From: Octopus sinensis
Taxonomy: Eukaryota
NCBI RefSeq assembly: GCF_006345805.1
Contig: NC_042997.1
Span: 156,488,001 to 156,552,000, forward strand
Direction of reading: 5' to 3'
DNA length: 64,000 bases
The notes beneath the pieces are model-generated. The model made no database searches, was not told where the DNA came from, and was given only the letters and a program-made list of their open reading frames with translations. Numbering within the stretch: the first letter of the stretch is position 1; each line of letters starts with the position of its first letter. The position numbers and the translations under genes are program-made. Below are positions 38,495 through 50,154 of the stretch, piece after piece.

Positions 38495-38810
38495 CATCAC
38501 TGTCATCATTGTGTAATGTCCACTTTTTCATGCTTGCATGAGTTGAACGGAATTTATGGAGGAAGATTTTTTTAAGGCTGGATGCCTTTTCTGTTCCCAA
38601 TCCTCACTATTTCCAAACATGATTATATTTCCCCATGGCCAGACATGTTTCTCATGGAAGACTTAAAATGAACAAAATTGCTTGTATGACAGTGACACTC
38701 ATTTACAATCATCACATGATAAGATATACACACACACACAAACAAACATATATGTACACATGTAGTATATATATATATATTATAATTAATACATATATAT
38801 ATATATATAT
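38495..38810 (-). mobile_element. 3' half of a family-A-head / RTE-tail SINE (core half at 42955-43022)
   Basis: Reverse complement of the 16850-17092 tail type, ending in CA/TA repeats. Confidence 0.75.
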
Positions 38811-38814
38811 ATAT

Positions 38815-41150
38815 AGATATTGGGGTCCACCAAGGTTCAGTCCTCAGTCCCCTCCTATTTATCATAGTCCTCCAGGCAATAACGGAGGAATTCAAGACAG
38901 GATGCCCCTGGGAGCTCCTCTATGCTGATGATCTTGCTCTAATTGCTGAGTCACTATCAGAACTGGAGGAGAAGTTTCAGGTGTGGAAACAAGGATTAGA
39001 ATCGAAGGGCCTTAGAATCAACCTAGCCAAAACCAAAGTCCTAATAAGTAGGAAGGTGGACCAATCACAAACGACTTCAGGTAGATGGCCCTGCTCGATC
39101 TGTAACAAAGGTGTAGGTAGAAACTCTATAAGGTGCACCAAGTGTAAGCTATGGACACATAAGAGGTGCAGCAATGTCAAAGGAAGGCTAACTAGGAAAA
39201 TAGTTTTTGTCTGTGGCAGATGCTCAGGAGCAATAAACACTGGAAATGTGCAGAGACCAACTTCTACCACGTTCCAGGGAGACAAACTAGAAGTAGTTGA
39301 TAGCTTCCGCTACCTAGGAGACCAAGTCAGTAGCGGGGGTGGGTGTGCTGAAAGTGTAACTGCTAGAGTAAGAATAGCCTGGGCAAAGTTTAGAGAGCTC
39401 TTACCCCTGCTGGTGACAAAAGGCCTCTCGCTAAGAGTAAAAGGCAGACTGTATGATGCATGTGTACGTACAGCCATGCTACATGGTAGTGAAACATGGG
39501 CCGTGACTGCTGAGGATATGCGTAAGCTCGCAAGAAATGAAGCCAGTATGCTCCGATGGATGTGTAATGTCAGTGTTCATAATCGTCAGAGTGTAAGTAC
39601 CTTGAGAGAAAAGTTGAACCTAAGAAGTGTCAGTTGTGGTGTGCAAGAGAGACGGCTGCGCTGGTATGGTCATGTGACGAGAATGGCTGAAGATAGTTGT
39701 GTGCAAAAGTGCTACACCCTAGCAGCTGAGGGAACCTGTGGAAGAGGTAGACCCAGGAAAACCTGGGACGAGGTGGTGAAGCACGACCTTCGAACTTTAG
39801 GTCTCACCAAGGAAATGACTAGAGACCGAGACCTATGGAAGTGTGCTGTGCGTGAGAGGACCCGGCAGGACTAGTCAGGCCATAACCCGTGGCCCCTACC
39901 TGGGACGTAGTCGGTCCACCTGTGCATACCTTCCTTCTTGTGACACTTGTGAAGACCTGTTGAGGCAAGTGAAAATCAAAACAAATCAAAATAGATGAAC
40001 ATCAATGGAATTTGTATCTCTGTGGTACCAGTGCCGGTGGCACACAAGAAATCCATCCGAACGTGGCCGTAGCCAGTACCGCATCGACTGGCCTCCGTGC
40101 CGTGGGCACGTAACAAACACCATCCGATCGTGGTCGTTCGCCAGCCTCATCTGGCACCTGTGTCGGTGGCACATAAAAACACCTTCCGAAGACCCGGCAA
40201 GACTAGTCAGGCCATAACCCGTGGCCCCTACCTGGGACGTAGTCAGTCCACCTGTGCATACCTTCCTTCTTGTGACACTTGTGAAGACCTGTTGAGGCAA
40301 GTGAAAATCAAATCAAAACAAATCAAAATAGATGAACATCAATGGAATTTGTATCTTTGTGGTACCAGTGCCGGTGGCACACAAGAAATCCATCCGAACG
40401 TGGCCGTAGCCAGTACCGCATCGACTGGCCATCGTGCTGTGGGCACATAACAAACACCATCCGATCGTGGCCGTTCGCCAGCCTCATCTGGCACTTGTGT
40501 CGGTGGCACATAAAAACACCATCCGAAGACCCGGCAAGACTAGTCAGGCCATAACCCGTGGCCCCTACCTGGGACGTAGTCAGTCCACCTGTGCATACCT
40601 TCCTTCTTGTGACACTTGTGAAGACCTGTTGAGGCAAGTGAAAATCAAATCAAAACAAATCAAAATAGATGAACATCAATGGAATTTGTATCTTTGTGGT
40701 ACCAGTGCCGGTGGCACACAAGAAAACCATCCGAACGTGGCCATAGCCAGTACCGCATCGACTGGCCTCCGTGCTGTGGGCACGTAACAAACACCATCCG
40801 ATCGTGGCCGTTCGCCAGCCTTATCTGGCACCTGTGTCGGTGGCACATAAAAACACCATCCGAGCGTGGCCGTCTGCCAGCCTCGTCTGGCACCTGTGTC
40901 GGTGGCACATAAAAAACACCATCCGAGCGTGGCCGTTCGCCAGCCTCGTCTGGCACCTGTGTCGGTGGCACATAAAATCACTCACTACACTCTCGGAGTG
41001 GTTGGCGTTAGGAAGGGCATCCAGCTGTAGAAACACTGCCAGATCTGACTGGCTTGGTGCAGCCTTCGGGCTCCCCAGACCCCAGTTGAACCGTCCAACC
41101 CATGCTAGCATGGAAAGCGGACGTTAAATGATGATGATGATGATGATGAT
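38815..41150 (+). mobile_element. Young 5'-truncated RTE-clade LINE with triplicated 3' end and (GAT)n tail
   Basis: Open RT frame 38822-39874, CpG-rich UTR, three ~335-bp tandem units, (GAT)n at 41130-41150. Confidence 0.95.
38822..39874 (+). CDS. RTE LINE ORF C-terminal part: reverse transcriptase with inserted PHD finger (5'-truncated, no native start)
   Basis: Uninterrupted frame GVHQGSVLSPLLF..LLYADDL..KTKV..[CSIC..CTKCKLWTHKRC..CGRC]..FRYLG..HGSETW..RRLRWYGHV..GRGRPRKTW. Confidence 0.92.
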   Translation, partial: GVHQGSVLSPLLFIIVLQAITEEFKTGCPWELLYADDLALIAESLSELEEKFQVWKQGLESKGLRINLAKTKVLISRKVDQSQTTSGRWPCSICNKGVGRNSIRCTKCKLWTHKRCSNVKGRLTRKIVFVCGRCSGAINTGNVQRPTSTTFQGDKLEVVDSFRYLGDQVSSGGGCAESVTARVRIAWAKFRELLPLLVTKGLSLRVKGRLYDACVRTAMLHGSETWAVTAEDMRKLARNEASMLRWMCNVSVHNRQSVSTLREKLNLRSVSCGVQERRLRWYGHVTRMAEDSCVQKCYTLAAEGTCGRGRPRKTWDEVVKHDLRTLGLTKEMTRDRDLWKCAVRERTRQD

Positions 41151-41859
41151 AAATGCATATATGGGTACAGGTCATCACTAGTGGTGCAAATAACATGGAA
41201 TATATAAACAAATGAGTTAAATATGTAAAAATAAAAAACAAGGAAAAAATGGAAAATAGGACAAGTAAACATAGAGAAAGAACTCTTCATCAGTTGTTGG
41301 CTGTCTATCTACTCCTCATTTCGAGCTTTCAATAACAATATGAGTCTTCGAAGACAGTTGCTCCCATAGATTTTTAAATAAAATTTAGGATTTATGAAGG
41401 GTTAAAGTTAGGAACAAAAATATGACAGTGGAGACATACAAGGAATGAGAGAAAAATAGTGAATACTGGGAGAAACAATTTTTTTTGAAAAGAGAAAAGA
41501 TAGAAGAGAGGGAAAAAACACATCTGCTCTTTTGAACACCTGTGCAGGAAAAGGAAGATGGTCACGTGAGGAAAAGAAAGATGGACAATGGTCACGTGTG
41601 AGCAACAAGAGAGAGAGAGAGAGAAAAAGGGAGAGAGAGAAAAAGGGAGAGAGAGAGAAAAAGGGAGAGAGAGAGAAAAAGGGAGAGAGAGAGAAAGAGA
41701 GAGATAGAAAATGGTGGAGGAGGGAAGGGTAGAAAAACGGAATTGGAGAAGGATGGAGAAAGAAAACAGTACAGAGTAGAGAGTTGCATCAAAAAGGGAA
41801 AGATAAACTTACTTGACAATGGATGTGTTGCACTCAGATTGCAATACATTCATTTCCAA

Positions 41860-41860
<1 letters not shown>
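41151..41860 (-). mobile_element. Possible Penelope-like terminal fragment with purine-rich tract
   Basis: Ends at (TA)n on the right; includes 18-bp gagagagagaaaaaggga repeats and a CTGATGA without a nearby GAAA. Classification is weak. Confidence 0.4.
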
Positions 41861-41902
<42 letters not shown>

Positions 41903-41903
<1 letters not shown>

Positions 41904-42761
41904 TTTATTTAAGCAGCAGAAAATTCAACAAAATCTGTTACTCTGAGTTTCTCGTTGCCGTTCATCAGACAGTTTTTGCTAGAATGGAACTTATATATTA
42001 ATTCAATCTATACTCTTACAAACGCTACACCTTTAAAAAGAAATGGACTTGTTTGATTGGCCCTTTAGAAAAAACGGTCAATCTTCGAGCGATAAACAAA
42101 AAGGTCAAAAATATATGTATATATATATAAAAAAACTTATAAAAATTATAAAAATTATAAAATCCGAGGAAAAAACCGAGGAAAAAACCTATTGCCGTTA
42201 ATGAAGACAGTACAAATTAATGCATAGAAATTAAACCTGTTATAAATACTGCAATACATATTTATATTAAAATCCACATATATATATCAACATACACAAA
42301 AGGATGCGCGTAAACGCCATACATACATATACAGACGTATGAATATGAATCTAAATTATACACATAAAAGCATGTGTACATATATTCACGCAAACCGTCT
42401 CGCACGCAAGCTAAAATTCATCTATGTAGCAATTCTCATATACTGAGCAAGGAGGGGGAACGAAAGAAAGGGAAAGAGAGAAAAAGGAAGGAAAGAGGGG
42501 GGGGGAAACTTGTAGCGATGTTATTGGCATCTATAGAGGCCAGTATACATACACAAACTTGTGTACATACACAAACTTGTGTATGTATACTGGCCTCTAT
42601 AGATTCCATTCTAGCAAAAACTGTCTGATGAACGGCAACGAGAAACTCAGAGTAACAGATTTTGTTGAATTTTCTGCTGCTTAAAATAAAGCATATTACT
42701 CTACCACTGGTATTTGAGTACTCTTTTTTCCACCTTGTTTCACATTTATGTGTTTACTCCG

Positions 42762-42763
<2 letters not shown>
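41903..42763. mobile_element. Fold-back Penelope-like element with two inverted hammerhead-bearing termini, in (TA)n
   Basis: 41903-41989 is the reverse complement of 42604-42691; perfect 28-bp palindrome arms at 42529-42604. Confidence 0.8.
42617..42663 (+). ncRNA. Candidate minimal type I hammerhead ribozyme (identical copy on the minus strand at 41930-41976)
   Basis: Stem I aaaa-ctgt / acag-a-tttt; CTGATGA; stem II cg-GCAA-cg with an A.A base pair position; GAAA; stem III actc-a-gagt; GUA cleavage triplet ending at 42654. Confidence 0.7.
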
Positions 42764-42825
<62 letters not shown>

Positions 42826-42876
42826 TAAGAAATGGAGTCAAGTGCAGGTGTTATTCAAATCATACATTTATATATA

Positions 42877-42956
<80 letters not shown>

Positions 42957-43183
42957 ACAGGCTTCTTTCAGTTTCCATCTCCCAAATCCATTCACAAGGC
43001 TTTGGTCAGCTTGAGGCTATAGCTGTAATGATAATTAGTTTTTACACTAACACATTTGCAGGTGAGTCAGAACAAACTGGTATATAACTGGTATGTATTT
43101 TGTCAAGTGTAGAAGCATGAAAAACAAAACTGACTGCACAAAAAAAATGAAATACTCTAAAGCCTTTAGTATGGCAATTTATC

Positions 43184-43423
43184 AAACAGAACATCAATTA
43201 CATTAATCATAAGGAGAAGTCCTTTAAATAGTAGGAGCACTGAATAACTGACAAAAACAGAACATCAATCACATCAGTCATAAGGGAAAGGCCTTCAAAG
43301 ATCAGGAGCACAGCCCCACTTCCACTGATTAACTTACAAAACAGAACATCACATCAACCACAAAGGGAAAGCCTTTAAATATCAGGAGCAATGACCCTCC
43401 TCCACAGACTAACTTACAAAATA
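43184..43423. repeat. Tandem repeat, three units of about 71-84 bp
   Basis: Each unit aaacagaacatca ... aagg.aa..cctt.aa..a..aggagca ... taact.acaaa. Confidence 0.85.
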
Positions 43424-43572
43424 TGGCCCTGTAACTTAGTTATTTGACAAATAACAGAAATCATTAAGCATCCAACTAAAATAAGTATTTTGGTCGATAT
43501 GGTTACCTGAAATCCTTGAAGACAGTACCCCCAACATAATTACAATTTTATGACAAACCAGTTAAAGAATAA

Positions 43573-43735
43573 AGGAGTGGTTGTGTGGTAAGTAGCTTGC
43601 TTACCAGCTACATGGTTCCTTCAGTCCCACTGCATGGCACCATGGACAAGTGTCTTCTACTGTAGCCTCGGGCTAACCAAAGTCTTGTGAGTGGATTTGG
43701 TACACGGAAACTGAAAGAAGCCTGTTGCATATATG

Positions 43736-43766
<31 letters not shown>

Positions 43767-43988
43767 TTGTGTGTCTGTGTTTGTCCCCCCAACATCGCTT
43801 GACAACCGATGCTGGTGTGTTTACGTCCCTGTAACTTAGCAGTTCGGCAAAAAGAAGCTGATAGAATAAGTACTAGGCTTACAAAGAATAAGTCCTGGGG
43901 TTGATTTGCTCGACTAAAGGCGGTGCTCCAGCATGGCCACAGTCAAATGACTGAAACAAATAAAAGAGTAAAATAGAGTAAAGAGTAT
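43573..43988 (+). mobile_element. SINE family A
   Basis: Near-identical to 3119-3515. Confidence 0.92.
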
Positions 43989-45035
43989 ACCTCTTCTAGG
44001 TATTTATTCTTTCTACTTAGAAAACTTTAGTAATTCATACAGGAGAAAAGAATTTCACCTTCTAAATAATTATTATATTTGTTATTTATCGATTCAGAAA
44101 CCAAAAGAAACCCTAACTGGTATATCAAAATATGAAAATCAAATGTATATTGTCAGTGTAACTTTAGAATGAAAATAAGGATAGGCGTGGTGATACACTG
44201 TGCAAAATAGAAAAACACCAAATGTGACAGAATACTGGAGAAATCATAAAAGTACTTCTATAGCTATTTGGGTAATATCCTAAGAATGGTGAAATAGTAG
44301 AAATTGATATCTTACAATAGCAATAATGTGGGTGGAAGGAATCATTCAAAAGAAAGGATTTTGAAACAAAAACAATAGAAAAAATAGAAAAACCAGAGTC
44401 TTTGTCAAAGAGTTCTTGTTTTGGATAGAAACAAATTATTGATTATGTTTGATGAATTTATATTGATAGTTGAGAAAGAGAGAGAGATGGTAAGAGAGAA
44501 GAGAGAGCAGGGAGAAAAGAGAAGATAGATAAGAGAGAGGAGTGATAATGGATGAGAAAGAAGGGGTTGGATGAAAACAGATAAAAGAGATGGTAGTGAA
44601 GATAGATGAAAAAGTAAGGAGTGATGTGAAAGTGAGACAAAAGAGAGTGAGGAGTGAAAGAAAGTGAGTAAAGAAAAAGAGGGAGTGAAGTAATGAAATA
44701 AAGAGTGAAAATGAGAGAGAGAGATAGTGTGAAACAGAAGACAAAAAGAAACTGAGTGAAAAGAGAAAGGAAATAAAGAAAGAAAAACCAAGACTAAAGG
44801 GTTGAATCATAGATAGACAGAAGAAACACAGGAAGAGTGAGAAATATACAGAAAGATCTAAATGTTGGAAGTTTTTACAGCTTTAGTTAAGGCAATGGTG
44901 AAGGTGATTTTTTTTTCTTCATAGATGAGGTCAGTGAAGAGATCATTACATTGGGTTATTTGAGTGAAGGAAGAGATTAGTTTAGTGACAATTTGACTGA
45001 TGAATGGAAATGTATATGAGTGTGTAAATGTGCAC

Positions 45036-45129
<94 letters not shown>

Positions 45130-45136
45130 ATATGTG

Positions 45137-45255
<119 letters not shown>

Positions 45256-45329
45256 TATATATATATAATATAATATAATATAATATAATATAATATAATA
45301 TAATATATATAATATATATATTATATATA

Positions 45330-46116
45330 CACAGACATGCAGGAAGTAAATAGACACATTTAATTTTCAAAGTTTTGATCTAAGCGTCTTAGTATATTTT
45401 CAGCAGTGTTGAATTTACAATGTAATTATTCTTTTTCATTCCAGGTGTCATTATATTAAACATTTGCGAAGAGTAACCATGCCACGCACATAAATTCAGC
45501 AGAACTGTCAGATTTTCAAAGAGGTTGTATTGCTGGGCAAACTGAAGCTGGTCTTAGCCAGCAAAAAATTGCTGAAAATCTTCAAATTCCTCTTGCTACT
45601 GTTAATAGAATTATAGTGCAATTCAAAAGCCTAGGAAAAGAATCAACAGATTCTCGTCCCAGCTAACATGGGCCCTTGGAATGGAAGCTTCACTGTTTGA
45701 AGAGAATTGTGGAAAATGAACTCCAGAGTTCATTTTCTACAATTCTCTTCAAACAGCGAAGCTTCCTTTCCGAGGGCCCAAGTTGGCCGGGACGAGAATC
45801 TGTTGATTCTTTTCCTAGGCATTTGAATTGCACTATAATTCTATTAACAGTAGCAAGAGGAATTTGAAGATTTTCAACAATTTTTTGCTGGCTAAGACCA
45901 GCCTCAGTTTGCCCAACAATACAACCTCTTTGAAAATTTGACAGCAGTGCTGAATTTTTTGTGCATGGCATGGTTACTCTTCACAAATGTTTAATATAAT
46001 GACACCTGGAATGAAAAAGAATAATTACATTGTAAATTCTACACTGCTGAAAACATATTCAGACACTTAGGTCAAAATTTTGAAAATTAATCATGTCTAT
46101 TTCCTGCCTGTCTGTG
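45330..46116. mobile_element. Palindromic Tc1-derived element: two 5' ends joined head to head, within TA tracts
   Basis: ~393-bp arms meeting at gaactc-ca-gagttc (45724/45725); each arm encodes MP...[41 protein letters not shown]; TA on both flanks. Confidence 0.93.
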
Positions 46117-46519
46117 TATATAATATATAAGATCTATTGATATATATATATATATATATATATCATCATTATATACACATTCATACATATATATCTGAAT
46201 ATAGATAAATATTTATAACTACATACATTTATACGTATACATAATAACTTCATCAATGTTTCTTTCTTATAATATATATATATATATATATCATCATATA
46301 TACCATCATATACACACACGTATATATATATCTAAATACAGGTATATATTTATAGCAACATACATTTACACTATGTACATACATGTATGCACACACACAC
46401 ACACACTCATACAAGCATAAAAACGCATGTATATACATACATACATGTACATACACGCATACACCTTCACATATACATATTAGTCTTATTAGCATAATCT
46501 TAAATTCATTCTCTTTATT

Positions 46520-46850
46520 TTTTTACATGCTTGCATAATTTAATGAGGTCTTGTTCAGGACAGTGTGCACAGTCATTTGTCATCTCCTTCATGAGATTCA
46601 CCCTTCCAAGATCTACTTTCATCACTTCTTTCTCATATCTTCTTTGGTCTTTCTTTGCTGCAGGTTCTTTCAACTTGGCACTTCTTTACCCAACCATCAT
46701 TCTCTATATACATTGTGTGTTCATATAGCCCAGCATTCTCTCTTTCATACATGATTCTTCTTATACCCAGATTTTCTCTCAGTGCCTCCGAGCTCTGTCA
46801 TTCATGCACACAAATATTACACATTCTTCATATTTTAGATGATGGTCTCA
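46520..46850 (-). pseudogene. Old RTE LINE C-terminal fragment
   Basis: MCNICVHE*QSSEALRENLGIRRI..WVKKCQVERTCSKERPKK..VMKVDL...NLMKEMT. Confidence 0.75.
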
Positions 46851-46945
46851 TAAAAGTTAAAGCACTGAGTAGAAGTTGCCCGGTATGTAGGAGTGATCGA
46901 TTTTGCAGTGCCCTCTACTCTGTTGACTAGTAATCAAATATTATA

Positions 46946-47335
46946 GATGTAGGAGTGGCTGTGTAGTAAGTAGTTTGGTTACCAACCACATGGTTCCAGG
47001 TTCAGAGTCCTACTGCGTGGCACCTTGGGCAAGTGCCTTCTACTATAGCCCCCAGGCCGACCAAAGCCTTTTGAGTGAATTTGGTAGACGGATACTGAAA
47101 GAAGCCTGTCGTATATATGTATATATGTATGTGTGTGTTTGTCCCCCCAACATCGCATGATATCCGATGCTGGTGTGCTTATGTCCCCGTAACTTAGTGG
47201 TTCGGCAAAAGAGACTGATAGAATAAGTACTAGGCTTACAAAGAATAAGTCCTGGGGTCGATTCGCTCGACTAAAGGCAGTGCTCCAGCATGGCCACAGT
47301 CAAATGACTGAAACAAGTAAAAGAGATAAAAGAGA
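46946..47335 (+). mobile_element. SINE family A
   Basis: Full head-core-tail. Confidence 0.92.
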
Positions 47336-48216
47336 TATCCCTCAAATAACATCCAACTTAGAAGAATGGAAGATATACTGAATAATATAGTCCTATGTAG
47401 TAAACAAAATAATGAGGTGCCAATGACTAGCATGCTTTTAATCCATTGTATATCTGCTTATTGGGAGCTGAGTTGGGAACCAAATAATAACAACTAATTA
47501 TTTTACTTCATCTAAATTCACCTTCATATCAAATCGCTAACTAATTTATTTTGGGATTCATCATTAATTAGGTAACTCCTTTCCTGTCCATGTTCTTCTT
47601 CCATGAACTAATTTGTAATTCAAGAATTCAAACTTAACATTAACCAGATGATTAGCTTTACTCAGTTGGATAAGTCTGAGTAAGTCACTGAACTGCACCT
47701 GGTAATGAGGATCCAAAATGTGAAGTTATCCCTTGGCCTTCACCATCTCAGATCCACTCGGGCCCAGGATGGCAGTAACTGTCAAAAGCTCCAGTAATGG
47801 GCCAAATGGCAGAAGATGGCCCTGTGGCTAAAACATATAAACTCAAAGTCAAAATAGACTTTGTATCACACATGCCAACTGGTGTAGCACATGCCCTGAT
47901 ATCATATGAATTAATCAATTAATATAAATTAATATAAAATATTCTTTTGATAAAAAGGGTTAAATAGGCCTTCTACCTCAAAGGTAAGCCTGGAAGGCAG
48001 GAGACTTGCAGAATAAACCAGCAGAAGCCAACAACAAAACCACAGTTGTATCTTATCCAAGAAAATCATGAATTTTCAGACTTTGGCACTGGGTTCATGA
48101 CTGCTGATGCCTGTAGCCATGGTACAAGAAGAGAGAGAGAGAGAACGAAAGAAAGAAAGAGAGCCAAAATATCATTACAATAAAAAAATCATAAAATCCT
48201 GGAAAAAAATGATCAA

Positions 48217-48277
48217 AAGCCAACCAAAGCCTTGTGAGTGGATTTGGTAGATGAAGGAAAGCTGAAAGTAGCTTGTA

Positions 48278-48366
<89 letters not shown>

Positions 48367-48377
48367 TGTGTGCGTGC

Positions 48378-48421
<44 letters not shown>

Positions 48422-48590
48422 TTTTGTGTTTATGTTTGTTCCCCACCACTGTTTGCGTTGGTCTGTATACATCCTCATGACTTAGTGGTTCGATGAAAAG
48501 CGACTGATAATATGTAAGTACCAGGCTTTAAAAACAATAATGAATACTTGGGTTGAGGTGTTGACTAAAACCCATCATGGTGTGTCCCAG
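48217..48590 (+). mobile_element. Partial SINE family A with expanded (TG)n tract
   Basis: Core end, ~140-bp TG run, diverged tail. Confidence 0.8.
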
Positions 48591-49709
48591 CAAATGAAAG
48601 ATAAACTTCAGAGAGATACTAAATACATAGCTAAGAAAAAAAAAGAAACAGTTGCAGATCAGAACTAAAGTTGCCCTTTTCTGCAAAAGAACCTAACATT
48701 AGCACAATTGAATATTTTTGCTCTGCCTTTTTCTTGAGTTTGGTGCAATAAACCTGACAAACTAAGCTAAATTTTCTGTGTTATATAGAAGAAAATTTTA
48801 TTTTGTAAAATCTCTGCAAAATTTAAACTTATTTTTGATAAAAAGGCTAATTACCTTCATTCTGAAATATAAAATATTCTTTTGATAAAAAGTATTTTTT
48901 GCAAGAAATAACTTATAATCTTCAAAAATCATTGCAATTTTTGCCTTAATCAATGGAAAATATATAAAACCGAAAGAACATGGTTAAATTTACTTGAAAT
49001 TATTCAATTAATTTTTGCAGAATATTCCATAACAATCTCAGCCAACAATATATTTTTTTTTCTCCTAACATCCAGAATTTCATTTCTTTTTTTAATCTAC
49101 AAATAACATCAAATCATTTATGCATATTCATTTCTCAATCTACAAGAAGCATCAAATCTTTTTCACTATTTCTTCTTCAAGATAATAATGAAAAAAGAAT
49201 CAAAACCTCAAAGCTTAAATTAAAATAATTCAAATGAATATTTGGTTTTTTTGTTAATTTTGAAAAGTATACACATTGTGATCGATCACTTCTATTCTAC
49301 AATATATTGATTTATGTTTCCCAACTAAATTCTGCTTATCATTTCAGTATCTTTAAGTATTTTCATAAAAGATTCAGTATTTTAATTTATACATATACAT
49401 ACATATATATTCTTCAAAAACCAAACATTAAAATGCTAAAGGAATTATTCACAGAACAACAAATCTCAAAGGTATCAATGTATTTCAAACTAGGAATAGA
49501 AAGAAATAGAAGAAAAACAACAAATGAGTTTTTAAGAGTTGATAGAACATTTATGGATTGTGATTCAATTATCAAATGAGAATTTGATATTGAATCGCAT
49601 TTTAGTCTGTTCTTTTTTTAAAAAAAAAAACAGAATGTGATTTTAATCGTATTTTTATTAATTTTAATTTTTACATTTAAAATGCATTTTTCAGAATCCT
49701 TCAACAACC

Positions 49710-50154
49710 TGTCATGATACCTGGTTCCACACGCCATTTTGTGATTTTCATCCATGCATGCGCAGGGATTAGAGCACTCCGGAAGGCCTGCCGGAAGCCC
49801 CTTATGCGCATGCACAGTCATCAGCAACAGCTAGGCTTGACCGCTATTCTCTCTCTTCACCCCTGCTGCCGACCGAGACGGACACAACTAGACCAGCTCC
49901 ATGTGTCTGGAATACTGAAGGCAATCCACGTCTTCAGCGAATCTGTGAAGAATGCCTTCACAATTGTGATTAAACCGACTCTGCTGCTTTATACACCAAG
50001 GTGACCGGGCTACCGATTGTCCAGAGATGTAATCCTTATACAGACAGAAAAATAAATATTATTTGCTCAGAGATTCTTGTTCCCACTATTTTCTTTTCCA
50101 CGACTATGTAAGGAATTGTGAGGCACCCTTCCAGTGCCAACCTCACTTCTGACA
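49710..50154 (+). mobile_element. LTR (445 bp) followed by a tRNA-Trp primer-binding sequence
   Basis: TGTCA...TGACA inverted termini; AATAAA at 50051; after a 2-nt spacer, 50157-50191 is complementary to the tRNA-Trp 3' end; homologous to the solo LTR at 14446-14866. Confidence 0.85.
49732..49814 (+). promoter_or_regulatory. LTR U3 motif block: YY1-like, NRF1-like, two ETS-like, NRF1-like
   Basis: CGCCATTTT 49732-40; TGCATGCGCA 49755-64; CCGGAAG 49779-85 and 49791-97; TGCGCATGCA 49805-14. Function is inferred from vertebrate motif consensus only. Confidence 0.55.

Noticed and set aside
40700-40980. CRISPR-like look of the ~58-nt hairpin repeats
   Set aside because: No unique spacers, no cas genes, eukaryotic context, and the array is part of a LINE UTR.
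39986-41127. Repeated 70-118 aa ORFs that look like a gene family
   Set aside because: They come from the triplicated LINE 3' UTR, open on both strands, with no recognisable domain.
44995-45020. CTGATGA...GAAA hammerhead-like words
   Set aside because: Only 3 nt between the motifs, so no stem II, and no stem I.
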